Positions 26,538 through 42,169 of a DNA stretch of 64,000 nucleotides are shown here, in pieces. The stretch covers positions 22,196,001 to 22,260,000 of the forward strand of contig OZ024764.1 in assembly GCA_964016885.1 (NCBI GenBank). Direction: 5' to 3'. The notes under the pieces were generated by a model that saw only the letters and a program-made list of their open reading frames with translations, did no database searches and was not told the origin of the DNA. The first letter of the stretch is position 1; each line of letters starts with the position of its first letter. The position numbers and the translations under genes are program-made. The DNA comes from Eledone cirrhosa (taxonomy: Eukaryota).

Positions 26538-29094
26538 ATGTAGGTTACCAACACTAGGGAGGGCAGCATGTCCTTCAATGTCTTCTGCTACATTAACTAC
26601 CAGGAGGTCACCACATGAGACAAAGACTACATTTCAAAGAAGGGTCATAAAAGAACTAAATACGAAAGTACCCACAGCAACAAGCAAATAATTGAGCTTT
26701 GGGTCTAGGTCAAGGGGCAGAAGTGCTGTGCCCTGTGGATAAGACTACAAATGTATCCCCCCCCCCCCCTGGTCGATGGACAGTTACACCCACTGCAACA
26801 GCCACCCCAACCTCATGGGGCTCCCTCTTCAGAAGGGCCACCAACGTTCTGATCTTACAGAGGAGCTTGGCAGTACGGGGTCCAAGTACTTCTGAGGTCT
26901 CGATGGTGACCAGTGTGAAGAGACCTACAATTGATGTGATCCCAGTTATGTTGGACTGTAATATACTGGGGTATAGAGAGGCCTTAACCTGTCTCAGCCG
27001 GGCCACCCAGGGTTGTGTCATCTAGGTACCAGACAGGGGTGACTAGACCATGTTGTCAACTGTCAGCACCAATAGGAGTGAGGCGAGTGGGTCCCCTTGC
27101 GAGACACCATATATAAAACGTATTTGCTAATTACTTTAATGAATAATTTGTTTCATACGTAATTATTCCTTTTAACACAATAGGATTTTGTACACGTGTT
27201 TGTTTGAAAACATCTTTCAAAGAAGTATGAGACAGTCTTTTGTAGTGTTTATTATAATAAATTACTGTATGTTGAGCTGTTTTAACTTCTCCACCTTCCA
27301 TTATTTTATATTGTTTTTGTAAGAAAACGAGATCTTTTTCATATATATATATGAAGGCGTGTGGCTGAGTGGTTAGAGAATTGGATTCGGAATTGTGAGG
27401 TTGTGAGTTCGATTCTCAGACTGGGCGATGCGTTCTGTCCTTGAGCAAGACATTTTATTTCACGTTGCTCCTTCTACCTGGAGTTGCGACCGATAGATAG
27501 TATTAGCAATTGGAAAGACCAATGGAAACATTGTTTCCTCGGTCCGATTTGACGAAAAGTCGATCATAAAAAATATATAGAGAGAGAAACACACAAACAT
27601 ACACTACTGTATTACATATGTCAGGGGAGACAACTCTCGTTACATCCACCTTTCTTTTTGATATACGTCCTTTAAATACTTTCTTCAATGGAACCTGCTT
27701 TATTTTGTGTCCTAAGTAGATTTCTGTTTAACTATTTACGAGATTCACAATGATTCACGTAACCAAGTTACTTACATAGAGATATATTTCACATAGAATC
27801 ACAACAAATGAAAATATTAAGTCAACACTCTGTCAATCAGTCTCACATCACATGGGGTGCCGGAGTCTCCCTCTAATACTTTCTGAGACAGTCTTACCTC
27901 GAGTGATAGCAAGGCTAAGATGTTGGAACTACCAAACACCCTCATATGTATCACCTGACACCTCGGTAAGGAGAGCTGCCAACGATAACAAGAACCTCGT
28001 TGTCAGGGACCTATCTCCTCCAAACTTCTCCAACACCACAGACTAGAATATTCTACTCTTTATTCCCTATCAAATATATTTCAGTCTAGTAATTTACTTG
28101 TATCTTGTATATATATTTTCAAAACTAACTGTCACATTTGTGAGACCCCAGTTAGTGATGTTTTTGTCTCCCTCCCACATCCTACATGCTGTAGTAAAAG
28201 TGAGGGTCACTGCTTCTGTAGACGAACGAAATAAAAGTTAAACTACCAGTAATTATAAACTACCAGTAATTAAGGAAAGATAATTATTTCCCAGCTAACT
28301 GGAGAAATGTGTAGCTCTACTAAACTCCGATAATCCTGTCTCCCACTTCTTTATCTACAAATCTAGTCATTTCCTGCTACTTTGTTCCCTGGGGTATGCC
28401 GTAGTATTTGACACCATCTACCTGTCTTACTCCCTAACTAGAAAGAAGTCAATCTGTCTCATGTGCTCACCTGATTGGTAGGTTATTAGGTGGTTGGTAG
28501 GTTTCTTGAAGTGTTGCAAATGGTTAGTTCACTTGCATCACAAAATACAAGAAGCCTCACTCCTTCTTCATTTCTTGAGCCATAACCATGACCACCATGT
28601 ACCCCAGTGTATCCATCCTGGAGCTGTCCAACATGACCATTGAAGTCCCCTGCTATTATAACTAGATCTCTGTCCTCTGTCATTGTGGTTATCTCTACTT
28701 ATTCCTTTTCTACATATGGAGCAGGGCCACTTTCCTGAAGGTGTCAGGGTCTTCTCTCCTATCCATTAGCACTTTAGTTTTGGCTAAGTATATTCTCAGA
28801 ACTTACCATTTCAAATTCTATATCTATAGTTGGTCATCTACATAGAGAAGTTTCCATAGACTGCCAGTCTTAAACCTCTCTGTTATGGCTTGGAGAACTA
28901 TGATGAACAACAGTGGGCTAAGAAATAAAGCATGATGAACTCCTACCTGTACCTTCAATTCTTCACTAGACACACTTTACTGACAGCTTCTCACAAGCCA
29001 TTCTTCTACACCTAATTTCCTTAACCCTTTAGTATATAAACGGGCCATATCTGGCCAGAATTCTCCCACATCTTTCTGTTCAAACTGGCCGTAA

Positions 29095-31009
29095 TTAAAT
29101 AATAATAATAATAATGAAATTATTGTGTACAGTGCTCAGGTGCACTACAACTCATCAAAGGTGCATGTATAGTACATAGAATAATGTACAAATGTCAGGA
29201 AAATGAACAGTGTATGAGTCATGATATAATAACAATAATGAAATATTGTGTATAGTGCCCAGGTGCACCACAACTCATCAAAAAAGTGCATGTACAGTAC
29301 ATAGGGCAATGCACAAACATCAGTAAAATGAACAGTGCACGAGTCATGATACACACGTGTGCATGTGTATGGAAGGGGTACATCAGGTGTAGTTTTGGCG
29401 TATTTCGGGAAGCTTGAGTGTCTTAAAGGATGCAGTGTCTCAGCAGCTAACAACTGACGCAGGCAGTTTGTTCCCTACTTCAGCAACTCTGAGCGTGAAA
29501 AAATGTCTACGAAAGTCATGGGAGCTGTGCTGTTTTCTGATCTTGTAGGCATGTCCACGTGTGTTAGACACATGGAGATCAAAGAGGCGCTCTGGGTTGT
29601 AATTGGCGAGATGGTTAAAAACTTTGTGGGTATTCACCAAGTCCATTGCCAGACGTCGGAGTTTCAATGAATTCATGCCCAGGGAAGCAAGGCGTTCATA
29701 GTATGGTAGGTGTCTGATGGAGGGTATGTGCTTGGTTGCACGTCTCTGAACAATTTCCAGGAGGTCAATGTTCTGAGCAAGATAGGGGTTCCAGACTGAT
29801 GATGCGAATTCCAAGTGTGGTCGTACCATAGCTGTATACAGTTTTAAATAGATGGCTGGAGAGCGGCTAACAAAGGTCTTGCTGAGTGATGCCAAGACAC
29901 CCTCGGCCTTCTTGACAATCTTAGAGACATGCTTTGTCCAACACAAATCGTTGCTGACAGTAATGCCCAGGTCACGTTCACAAGAGGACTTTTTGATATC
30001 AGTGTTGTGGAGGGAGTATGTGGACGCTGGATTTTTCCTTCCAAAATGCATGGTGGTACACTTGTCCACAGCCAGCTTCAGTTGCCAGTCTGTGATCCAT
30101 TGCTGCATTGTGTCCAGGTCTGATTGTAGGAAAGAGTTGTAAATTTCAGGATCAGTCCTTTTGATTTCAGGGTACAGCTTGATGTCATCTGCATATTTCA
30201 GTACCGTGGCATTCTGTAAGTTGGCATCTATGTCATTAATATATGCCACAAACAAAAGAGGACCAAGAACAGATCCCTGTGGTAGACCAGATGACATCTC
30301 ATATGGTGAAGAATGCTGTCCTAGAACCGTGACTACTTCCTTTCGGCTGAGAATGAAGGATTTCAACCAGTCGAAAAGATCATCCCTCACACCCATTGCA
30401 GAGAGTTTTGCCATAAGTCTTTTGTGTGGCACAGAATTAAAAGCCTTAGCAAAGTCAAGGTAAACAACATCCACCCATGAGCCGCTGTCAGTGATCCGGG
30501 TGATGTCCTCAAGGAACTCGATAAGCTGATCACAGCAGCTGGAGTTAGGGATAAATCCAAACTGTGAGGGCCGGATGAGGCTGTGAGAGCTCCAGAAGTT
30601 CCAAAGTGTTTCTCTGACACAGGATTCCATCAGTTTGGCCATACAGCTAGTAAGACTGACTGGACGATAGTTGACAGGTGACATGCGGTTGCCCTTTTTG
30701 AACAGGGGAATGACACTGGCAGTTTTCCACTGCTCCGGAGTAGCACCATTGTTGAGACAGTATTGAAAGAAGAAAGAAAGCTGGCGCAAAAGGAAATACC
30801 CGCCACGTTTGAGAAGCAGGTATGTCACACCATCAAGACCAGGGGAGGCATAGTTGCGCTTATTCTTAAGGTGACGTCGCAACATTGCAGGTGTAAATTC
30901 CATAGTTGTTATGGAATTTGATGTTAGAGATGGTGGAGATGGTACATTCTGGTTTTCAACAGTAAAAATACTTGCATAGCACTCAGCAATGAGTTCTGCG
31001 CATTCCTTG
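29095..31009 (-). mobile_element. 5'-truncated young LINE (CR1/L2-group) with uninterrupted RT ORF, unique to unit of ZNF B
   Basis: 487-aa ORF 29440-30903: NYRPVSL, QFGF, YLDFAKAF, PQGSVLGPLLF, YADD, RPHLEF; frame stays open to the insertion edge; (TTA)n-type 3' tail ~29097-29115; empty site CTGGCCGTAACTGGTCAC seen at ~45233. Confidence 0.9.
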
Positions 31010-31529
31010 ATTGGTCACTTATACTTATGTTAAGGTATTGTTCTCAAAATAAATAACATGAAAATCTCATAGATTTGATATTATGAGAGATAAAGCATTT
31101 ACTGTGAAAATATAATAGTAAATATAGAGTAATGTGAATACTAAAGGGTTAATCTAATGTCACTAATAACTACTTTTATCAGTCAGTATAATCTAATGTC
31201 ACTAATAACTACTTTTATCAGTCAGTTTAATCTAATCTCACTAATAACTACTTTTATCTGTCAGTATAATCTAATGTCACTAATAACTACTTTTATCAGT
31301 CACTTTAATCTAATGTCACTAATAACTACTTTTATCTGTCAGTATAATCTAATGTCACTAATAACTACTTTTATCAGTCAGTATAATCTACTACCACTAA
31401 TAACTAACCTATGTTAGGCAGCACATTCTTCACCAAAGAAGGCCTTAGTATTTATTACAGTCCATTTATCAATATAGAAATATTATATGAAATTTGTACT
31501 GATGTATTACAAGTTTCTGAGTATCTTAT

Positions 31530-31550
31530 AATGTTCTTTTATTATTTCAG
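31530..31550 (+). other. Putative splice acceptor of the ZNF B coding exon (no cognate donor in its own unit)
   Basis: TTCTTTTATTATTTCAG|AATACC identical to the acceptors before A, C and D. Confidence 0.55.
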
Positions 31551-31743
31551 AATACCAGAGGACATTGGCATTAAAGAGCACGTTACATCAGACATATTCT
31601 CAACATTAACCATTTCTAATGAAAGACACTACCCATCATTTTCAAATAATTTTGAAAACACTCAACACTTTGAAGGGATTTAATAATATAACTAAATTTC
31701 TCAGTATTAAGCTGTGAATTATGTGAAAAACTGACGTGATTGA

Positions 31744-32793
<1,050 letters not shown>

Positions 32794-33419
32794 CTGTATC
32801 AATATCAAACTCATTACATCATACTACAACAACAACAATTGTGTAGATCCATCATCCTTGCTAAAACTGGGGTTAACCTTGTAGGTTTTACCTATGACAG
32901 GGATCATAAACACCAGGTTTCCATTTTTGAAGCAGTGTCTCAAGATTTTGTGTAAATTAAAGTTTTTCACATTAAACTTTGATTTATTATACTTTAACAG
33001 GTAAGATAGATATTTGTATTTTTAGTAAAGGTTTGGAACTTCTGTAATTTAAACCTGCCAATTAAATGAAAACTTTTGTTGTTGCTAGTCAGACATTGAT
33101 ATTAATTCTATTGTCCTGTACATTGTCTCAAATATCACAGATTAAACAGATTTTAACAATATCAACAGAAATCAATAACTTGTAAATCTAGCTTCCATTT
33201 TAACTATTTGATATTGTTGTTCCCCTCCTGTCTCTTCAGGTCTTTTAGATTTCAACTTCTATTTACTGGACTATTCCATCACCAAGGCAACATTCATCTG
33301 GCTGGCAGCTTACATCAACTACAAATATCATCAGTGGTTCACAACAGGCTGTCTGAAAGAAACTTGCAGATATCTTCTATGTCATAGCTATCAATATCCT
33401 CCTCCTTATCATATGTACC

Positions 33420-33925
33420 AGTCTCACAGTCCCTCTAGATCTTATATTTAAGAGGGAGATCTTTTACTGTCCCTACACTTTTATCAAGATAGTCTTGTAC
33501 CACTCTCACAGTCCCTATAGATCTTATATTTAACAAGGAGATCTTTTACTACCTGTACCCTTTTCTCTAGGTTTTCTTGTACCTCTCTCACAGTCCCTCA
33601 AGATCTTATATTTCACAGGGAGATCTTTTACTGTCCATACCCTTTTCTCTAGGTTGTCTTGTACCTCTCACAGTCCCTGTAGATCTTATATTTAACAGGG
33701 AGATCTTTTACTGTCCCTACCCTTTTCTCTAGGTTGTCTTGTACCTCTCACAGTCCCTCTAGATCTTATATTTAACGGAGATCTTTTACTCTCCAACCCT
33801 TTTCTCTAGGTTGTCTTGTACCACCCTCACAGTCCCTGTAGATCTTATATTTAACAGGGAGATCTTTTACTCTCCAACCCTTCTATCTCCAGATAGTCTT
33901 GTATCTGTCAGTCCCTCTAGATCTT
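33420..33925. repeat. ~80-bp minisatellite at unit boundaries
   Basis: Unit AGATCTTATATTTAACAGGGAGATCTTTTACTGTCCCTACCCTTTTCTCTAGGTTGTCTTGTACCTCTCACAGTCCCTCT; ~6 copies here and at 48550-49040, fewer at 1-250, 15215-15460, 21573-21720, 62520-62660. Confidence 0.9.
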
Positions 33926-34203
33926 ACACCTAGTATCTAGTCTATGTTGAGTGGTACGTCCTTCTCCAGTAAAGGAGTTAATATTCCCAACCATCTGTCT
34001 ATCCTGTTTTCTGATGAGAATGAAGTCAATCTAGTTTATCTCTTCACCTGATTGAAGTAACTAGATGTTTTCCTGTAAGTTAGTGTTGCAGTGTTTGTGT
34101 CACCATGTAAGGTTTATATCTATTAATATAGAGATGTAGTAAAGTTTTCACTGTTGTATCTCTACTTTCTAAATATCTTAATAATGTTTCTCTACTATTT
34201 CAG

Positions 34204-34448
34204 AATATCACATGACCTTGACAGAAAAGAGTCTTTTAAAGACAACAGAAAGATGTTACATACAAGTGATATAAACTTGTTTAGTCTGTGGTGAATTATG
34301 GTGAAATATTTCTTCTGAATTGAGATAAATAACAACATTTTCCTTTTTCACTGTCTGGAATATTTACAAGATGATTTTACATTCTGATTAAACTTTGGAT
34401 ATTTACAAAGGAGTTTTCAAAATATTTGGATATTGACAAAGATCACAT
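34204..34448 (+). pseudogene. Truncated ZNF exon copy, finger remnant deleted
   Basis: Acceptor and UTR part present; a deletion at ~34448 removes the half finger and the Helitron-like element. Confidence 0.55.
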
Positions 34449-36049
34449 TAGGGAATACTGTTATTGTGTGAAAGTTTTCTAAATCTTCTTCAGCCACTAA
34501 CATGGAGAAGATATTTCAGTAAGAAGGTTCACATCCTGACATCTATAGCTGTTAACAATGAGATTGGAATTCATTATTAAACAAATGTTATATCATCATC
34601 ACTGTTTAACATCAGTTTTTTCACGCTGGCATGGGTTAGACGAGTTATCCTGTTGTAAGCAAGGCCAGGTCAGGTGATCACGTGTTGCTCCTACAGAACA
34701 AATTTTGGATTGGTTTCTACAGCTGGATGCCCTTCCTAGCACCAACCTTATTTACATTGAGTACTGGGTGCATTTTACCATCTCACCATCACGACCTCTT
34801 TACAGTGTGGGCTGGGTGCTTTTTGTTGTGACACCTACATAACCACTTTACAGTGTGGGCTGGGTGCTTTTTGTAGTGACACCTACATGACCACTTTATA
34901 GTGTGGACTGGGTACTTTTTGTTGTGACACCAACATGACCATTTTAAAGTTTTGGCTGGGTACTTTTTGTTGTCACCTACATGACCACTTTACAGTGTGG
35001 GCTGGGTACTTTTTGCCGTGACACCTATGCGACCGCTTTACAGTGTGGGCTGGTTTCTTTTTGTCATATCACCTACATGACCACCTTATAGTGTTGGCTG
35101 TGTGTTATTTGCAGTGTGGGCTGGTTTCTTTTTGTCATATCACCTACATGACCACCTTATAATGTTGACCGTGTGGGTTGGGTGCTTTTTCTCATATCTC
35201 CTACCCAACCACTTTGCAGTGTGGGCAGTGAAATATCAGTAATGCACCAGCTCCAATATTCAGTAATCAGAAGAAGGGAGGTAGGCATAAAAGCCAAACT
35301 TGCTGTCTTCAATTAGGTTTTTGTGCCAACCCTTACCTATGGTCACATATCTTGGGTAATGACCAAAAGAATATGATTGGGAATACAAATGGCAGATATG
35401 GGATTCCTCTGAAGGGTCTTTGAAGGAACGTTTCTCAATAAAGTGCATAGCTCTGAGATCAGAGAGTCACTCCAGGTGGAGCTGTTACTTCTCCGAATTG
35501 AGAGATCACAGCTGCAATACTATGGCTATGTGGTTAGAATGTCTGAGGAAAGAATCACTGGATAGATTTTACAGGCTAAACTAACCGGCAGGAGACCCAG
35601 GGGTAGACCTGAGCAAGATGGTCACATAACATCCATGAGCTTGGCTGATCTCTCTGGGAGATCCAGCCACATAAGTTGGAGTGGGTTGCTTCTGACAGGA
35701 CCTGTTGGAGGGAGTGTTTGAGGACTCTGCCCTCAAGACCCTCTCTGGAATAAGAAGAGGTTGAGGTTACAAAATCAACATCAGATTTCCCTGCTAGCAA
35801 GGGTTTAATGAGTCTACTTCAACCAAGTAAGTACTGAAGTGAGGCTACTGATCTCTAGACAGACCAAGGATCTGAGACTTATTTACATAAGGTCTCATTT
35901 GCTACTGAGTGCACAGAAAAGGTTGTCATGTCCATTGTCATGATTGAAGGGTTCTCCGACACTATTGTTGGGCAAGCTTTCTATGGCTAGATGTCCTTCA
36001 CATGACCAACCACATTACAGCCTGTGTTGGGTGTGTTTATCATGTAGGT

Positions 36050-37986
36050 GAGGCATAACAAACTGAGGGTTGCCCAAGGTCCACATAGGTCACATGTGTT
36101 GTCTGAGGGTTGCACACTGCAACTAATTATGTACACAACAACTAATTAAAGTCATTTAATAAAATATATTGCAGAGAGATTTGTTACTTAAATTTAGAAA
36201 CATACAATGTACATACAAATGTTTTAGCAGCATTCATGAATACAAAATTAATGAAGTAGTTTGACAAAAAACTAAAATTTCACATGTCAACATATACTTG
36301 CAGATTGTAACAGCAACAAATACATTGTACACAAATAACAACAGTTGAAAACTGAACATTTATTTGCTACTATTCAACCATTTTTAGTGTTTTGTCCTGA
36401 GGCTTGACACTTCTTTCTGTTGACTATTTTAGGTATATCTGGCTGAAATGTCTGTACAGTTCCAACTTTAATCAGATGACAAGTGTTGATCAGTCAGCCT
36501 TGTTCTCTGAGAAGTTTTTGTTAATTTCATGAAGGAAAATAACTGTCCACTCACATAGGCAGAACCAAACATTGCCATAATCTTTGTGACGAACTTTCTG
36601 ATGTTAATAAACTTTTCAGAAAGGTATGAAAAGAAACCAGGTATCCTCACTACAAGATACTTTGTTCTGAGTGTAGAATCTGACTGCATTTCCAATAGTC
36701 CCATCTGCAGGCGTTCTTCTGCCTTCATCAAAGGTGAATGGTGCTGAGAATAATGTAAACTGATGTTCAAAAAATGAGAAATCACAAAATCTTTCCTGAA
36801 ATTAATTTAACAACAATTCCAGGTGACTGTCATACTTAGCTAAGCTAAATACAGACTCAGTATTGGCAGTGTTTTTCAGTTCTTTGCACATAGGGAAATG
36901 AACTAAATTTTCAGCTGACAACGGAGATTTCCATAAGCTTAGATTTCTAATGAAGCACTTGATGTCATCATTCAACTGATTGATGGGTTTGTCTTTACCT
37001 TGTAATTTCAAGTTAAGATCAGTTAATTGTGCAGTAATATCCACAGCAAAAATCAGGTGTTGGAGCCAACTTTCATCTTTTATTTCATCTGTGTTTTAAC
37101 CTTTTATCTCCAAAAACACAATTATTTCTTGTCTCAACAAATAGAATCTTTTCAGCACTTTGTCACATGTCAACCAGCAGACTTCTGTGTAGAATGGAAC
37201 ATCGGTGAACTGATTATCCATATCTTCTAATAGAAACATGGTCAAACCTTGATGATACAGCCTTTAACTGTTGTTTCAGATCACCTGACGTTTCATTAAT
37301 CTGTTGGCAACAGTATTCCTGGTTAATGAAATGTCTTTGAATAACTCTGCTTTCTCTGGAAAATATCAGCTGTTTTTACAAGACATTGCTTTACAAAATC
37401 TCCTTCACTGTAAGATTTCCCACTCATGGCAATCATTTGACTGAGTTCATAGCTTGCAGTAACGGAAGTGACATTCTCTTCCTGAATTAACATAAAACAG
37501 GTCTGTTGCTGTGTCAAGTTAGACTTCAATTCCTTGATTCTTGAACCACACATTGGGCCTTCATATTTATCGTAAGAACGAGGGTTTGTTTCATGATGTC
37601 TTTTTGAATTGTACTCTTTTGGCCTGGCGATGTAGTTGCAAATTAAACAGTATATCTTTCTGTTCACCATTGGACAAAAATACTGTAATTCCCACTTTTC
37701 TTGAAACACTTGCCCTTCTTCGTTCAATTTCCTTTTTCTCTTAGCTGGAGGAGCACTAACCATTTCAAAAACGAAATCTTTTGAAATTTTGAAAGAAAGT
37801 TTTCTGTTAATGAGCTGCACGTGATTAATGGAAGTTAAAAGTAGTTGACAAAATTTGCAAAAAAAAAATAATTGTATCGAAAATGTTTTAAATTTTATAT
37901 TACGAAAATGAAACATGCTCGCACTGTAAAAACCTTTGTGTGGGCCGCAGGTTTGCTAGCAAAGGGCTGCATGTCTGACATGTCTG
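36050..37986 (-). mobile_element. hAT copy 4 (internal ~0.4 kb deletion of catalytic-core region at ~37228)
   Basis: Same TSD at 36042-36049 and 37987-37994. Confidence 0.9.
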
Positions 37987-39969
37987 ATGTAGGTTACCAA
38001 CACTAGGGAGGGCAGCATGTCCTTCAGTGTGTTCTGCTACATTTACTACCTGGAGGTCACCACATGACACAAAGACTACATTTCAAAGAAGGGTCATAAA
38101 AGAACTAAATACGAAAGTACCCACAGCAACAAGCAAATAATTGAACTTTGGGTCTAGGTCAAGGGGCAGAAGTGCTGCGCCCTGTGGATAAGACTGCAAA
38201 AGTATTCGCCCCGGGCGATGGACAGTGACACCCACTGCAACAGCCACCCCAACCTCATGGGACTCCCTCTTCAGAAGGGCCACCAACGTTCTGATCTTAC
38301 AGAGGAGCTTGGCAGTACGGGGTCCAAGTACTTCTGAGGTCTCGATGGTGACCGGTGTGAAGAGACCTACAATTGATGTCATCCCAGTTATGTTGGACTG
38401 TAATATACTGGGGTATAGAGAGGCCTTAACCTGTCTCAGCCGGGCCACCCAGGGTTGTGTCATCTAGGTACCAGACAGGGGGAACTAGACCATGTTGTCA
38501 ACTGTCAGCACCAATAGGAGTGAGGCGAGTGGGTCCCCTTGCTAGACACCATATATAAAAACGTATTTGCTAATTACTTTAATGAATAATTTGTTTCATA
38601 CGTAATTATTACTTTTAACACAATAGGATTTTGTACACGTGTTTGTTTGAAAACATCTTTCAAAGAAGTATGAGACAGTCTTTTGTAGTGTTTATTATAA
38701 TAAATTACTGTATGTTGAGCTGTTTTAACTTCTCCACCTTCCATTATTTTATATTGTTTTTGTAAAAAAACGAGATCTTTTTCATATATATATATGAAGG
38801 CGTGTGGCTGAGTGGTTAGAGAATTGGATTCGGAGTTGTGAGGTTGTGAGTTCGATTCTCAGAATGGGCGATGCGTTATGTCCTTGAGCAAGACATTTTA
38901 TTTCACGTTGCTCCTTCTACCTGGAGTTGCAACCGATAGATAGTATTAGCAATTGGAAAGACCAATGGAAACATTGTTTCCTCGGTCCGATTTGACGAAA
39001 AGTTGATCATAAAAAATATATATATAGAGAGAGAGAGAAACACACAAACATACACTACTGTATTACATATGTAAAGGGAGATAACTCTCGTTACATCCCT
39101 CCTTCTTTTTGATATACGTACTTTAAATACTTTGTTCAATGGAATCTGCTTTATTTTGTCCTAAGTAGATTTCTGTTTAAGTATTTACGAGATTCACAAT
39201 GATTCACGTAACCAAGTTACTTACATAGAGATATATTTCACATAGAATCACAACAAATGAAAATATTAAGTCAACACTCTGTCAATCAGTCTCACATCAC
39301 ATGGGGTGCCGGAGTCTCCCTCTAATACTTTCTGAGACAGTCTTACCTCGAGTGATAGCAAGGCTAAGATGTTGGAACTACCAAACACCCTCATATGTAT
39401 GACCTGACACCTCGGTAAGGAGAGCTGCCAACGATAACAAGAACCTCGTTGTCAGGGACCTATCTCCTCCAAACTTCTCCAACACCACAGACTAGAATAT
39501 TCTACTCTTTATTCCCTATCAAATATATTTCAGTCTTGTATCTTGTATATGTATTTTCAAAACTAACTGTCACATTTGTGAGACCCCAGTTAGTGATGTT
39601 TTCGTCTCCCTCCCACATCCTACATGCTGTAGTAAAAGTGAGGGTCACTGCTTCTGTAGACGAACAAAATAAAAGTTAAACTACCAGTAATTATCGGCAA
39701 AGTATTTATTCCAGTCTGTGATGTTTGAGAAGCTGGGCTGCTGACAACGAAGTTGTGGTCACTGTTGGCGGCTGGCTTTACCGAAGGACCCGATGACTCT
39801 TGTGAGGGTACTTAGCTGTTCTGGCAACTTAGCCCCCATATGACCCGATCTTACCGAGATACACGGTGATTTCTGTAAGCGTACTTAGCTGTTCTATTTT
39901 AATTTCATTTACTGATTTCAACTTCATTTTTATATTACAAACTTTACAGAATTTAATTCCGTAAAAATA

Positions 39970-40093
39970 TTTAACGTCACAAAAAAACATTGAAGCATGC
40001 GCAGTGGTGCAGTTGTCGACTTCCTGTCCACGTGTTAGTCTTCCTACAACAACATTTCTGTAAATACTAAACACCTGAGACTATAATGTAAGT
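39970..40093 (+). promoter_or_regulatory. Putative promoter/exon 1 of ZNF C
   Basis: Copy of the 8160-8308 block; GCATGCGCA 39995-40003, donor GTAAGT 40088-40093. Confidence 0.6.
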
Positions 40094-41339
40094 ATTATGT
40101 CTATTAATATTCTAGATTTAAGCTCACTTTTCACATCACAAATATATATTTTCTTGTTTGTTTCATTACTGGAAATATAAAATGTTATCGTAATTATCTA
40201 TATTTTACCTACCTCTAATTAATTAAAGTGAAAACTTTTGTTGTTGCTGAAAAATAAATTAACAAAACTAAATATTTAAATATTCTAAAGGTCGTTTTTA
40301 TATTATGTGATGATATAATTAATATATTTTATTACAATTGTATAAATTTACAGTAGAATAACGTTGTAAATATGTTTTAAATATATACATAAATAACATA
40401 AGTGTGTAAATAACATTATAACTTGCTGGCAATTCCTTGAGAAAGACATTACAAATATATTGTCTAAACTGTGTATAATAATATAATTTATTAAACGATA
40501 ATGATAAAGGAAAGAAAAACACAGTGGGAGATGGCAATTCACCACCAAGTGTGATAATAGAACACACCTCACCTTAGGGGTTAACTACACACTTTGAGGC
40601 AAGCCAACACACTGGCAGCATTACTAAGGTGTTGAAATAACCAGGTACCCTCACGAGTATCACCTGACACCTCGGTAAGGTGAGGCTAAGGGGCTGAAAT
40701 AACCAGGTACCCTCACGGGTATCACCTGACACCTTGGTAAGGTGAGTCTAAGGGGCTGAAATAACTAGGTACCCTCACTGAAATGACTAGATTTGTAGAA
40801 AAAGTAGGGTGAAAGTATACGAAGAGATGTAGTTTCACAGATCTACTCACACCTCACGTTGGGTGGGAAATAATTATTTTTCTTAGATTTTTTTCTAGAC
40901 CCCTTTTCAATATTTTCTCTGAACCCCTTAGATTCTTGCAATAGACGTTTTATTCCCCAGTATTAGGGTTAGGGTTTCCGTTTTCAGGAAGAAAAGTCGA
41001 TTGCAAACATCTAAGAGGTCGAGAAAAATAATAAGGAAAGATAATTATTTCCCAGCCAACTGGAGAAGTGTGTAGCTCTTCTAAACTCTGATAATCCTGT
41101 TTCCCACTTCTTTATCTACAAATCTAGTCGTTTCCTGCTACTTTGAAGGCCCTATTTATTGATAACACCACTTGTAAATCTTTGTCAACTTTTCATACGT
41201 AAATTGTGAATCAGTTATTTTTAAACAAACTATCAAAGAAGTGATCTCACAGTAACTGTGTTTGATTTAATCAACTTATTCCCCCAAACATTGTCGACCT
41301 TGTGTCTAAATCAGAAACTATTATAAGATCTTAAATCAA

Positions 41340-41476
41340 CCTCGTAAAGATGAAGGGCAAAGCTAACCTCGGCGGGATTTCAACCCTTTATGTTATGAGT
41401 TCAAATCCCACCAAAGTTAACTTTGTCTTTCATTCTAACGGAGTGGATAAATTAAAGTTCCAGTAACCTACTGGGG
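41340..41476. mobile_element. Head-to-head pair of SINE-like fragments (copy ~57122-57260)
   Basis: 41340-41384 reverse-complements imperfectly to 41399-41443 (GTTCAAATCCC B-box-like start). Confidence 0.5.
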
Positions 41477-41536
41477 TCTGAGATATTAAGGTTTGAGTAG
41501 ATTCTATCTTTTTGTGTGTTTGTATTTATAATCTTA

Positions 41537-41673
41537 CTAGAACACCTGTGACCTGTTGGGTCACGTTCCCTTTAAAAATAATATTTAAATAATTAAAATG
41601 TACACAGACATGTATGTAATGTAAAATGAAATTAGTAGGCCGATGTATATATATATATATATGCGTGTGTGTG

Positions 41674-41744
<71 letters not shown>

Positions 41745-42005
41745 GTCACTTGTTCTAATTTTATAACTTTGTTCAACAGCACCACCAGCTATCTCTCTCA
41801 CACACACCCATTATCTTTCTCTCTCTATTTATAAAGGTACCAGAAAAACCCCATATCTCGGGAACCTGTGCATTGATTTACGTGAAACTTATTTTATCCC
41901 ATTTGTATTCCCATTTCAGGGTCAACTTCCTTTCAAACTATTTTCCCGTTATGCCCCGTTTTAGCTGTATTACATTACAGACAAGACACAATCACAAAGT
42001 TTTAG
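41537..42005 (-). mobile_element. Independent antisense insertion of the same Helitron-like family (copy at 57319-57786)
   Basis: Reverse complement of 1033-1405 family; perfect hairpin GTGACC-CAACA-GGTCAC 7 nt before terminal CTAG; expanded (TA)n(TG)n. Confidence 0.7.
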
Positions 42006-42169
42006 GTTTATAATGTTATAGTATCATGATAGGGTAATACAGTTATTTATAGACCTGTGGTAAATGTTGGTTCAGTCCACCCTGGGGGGTGTAAGTGTTG
42101 GTTCAGTCTACCCTGAGTGGTGTCAGTGTTGGTCAATGATAACCTTTATAACTAGAGGCCTGTTGGTGA

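Noticed and set aside
33420-33925. CRISPR-like appearance of the 80-bp, 48-bp and 39-bp arrays
   Set aside because: Contiguous tandem units without unique spacers, no cas genes, eukaryotic context.
41526-41834. ORFs rich in YI/HT/CV (also 57308-57616)
   Set aside because: Translations of (TA)n/(TG)n microsatellites inside the Helitron-like element.
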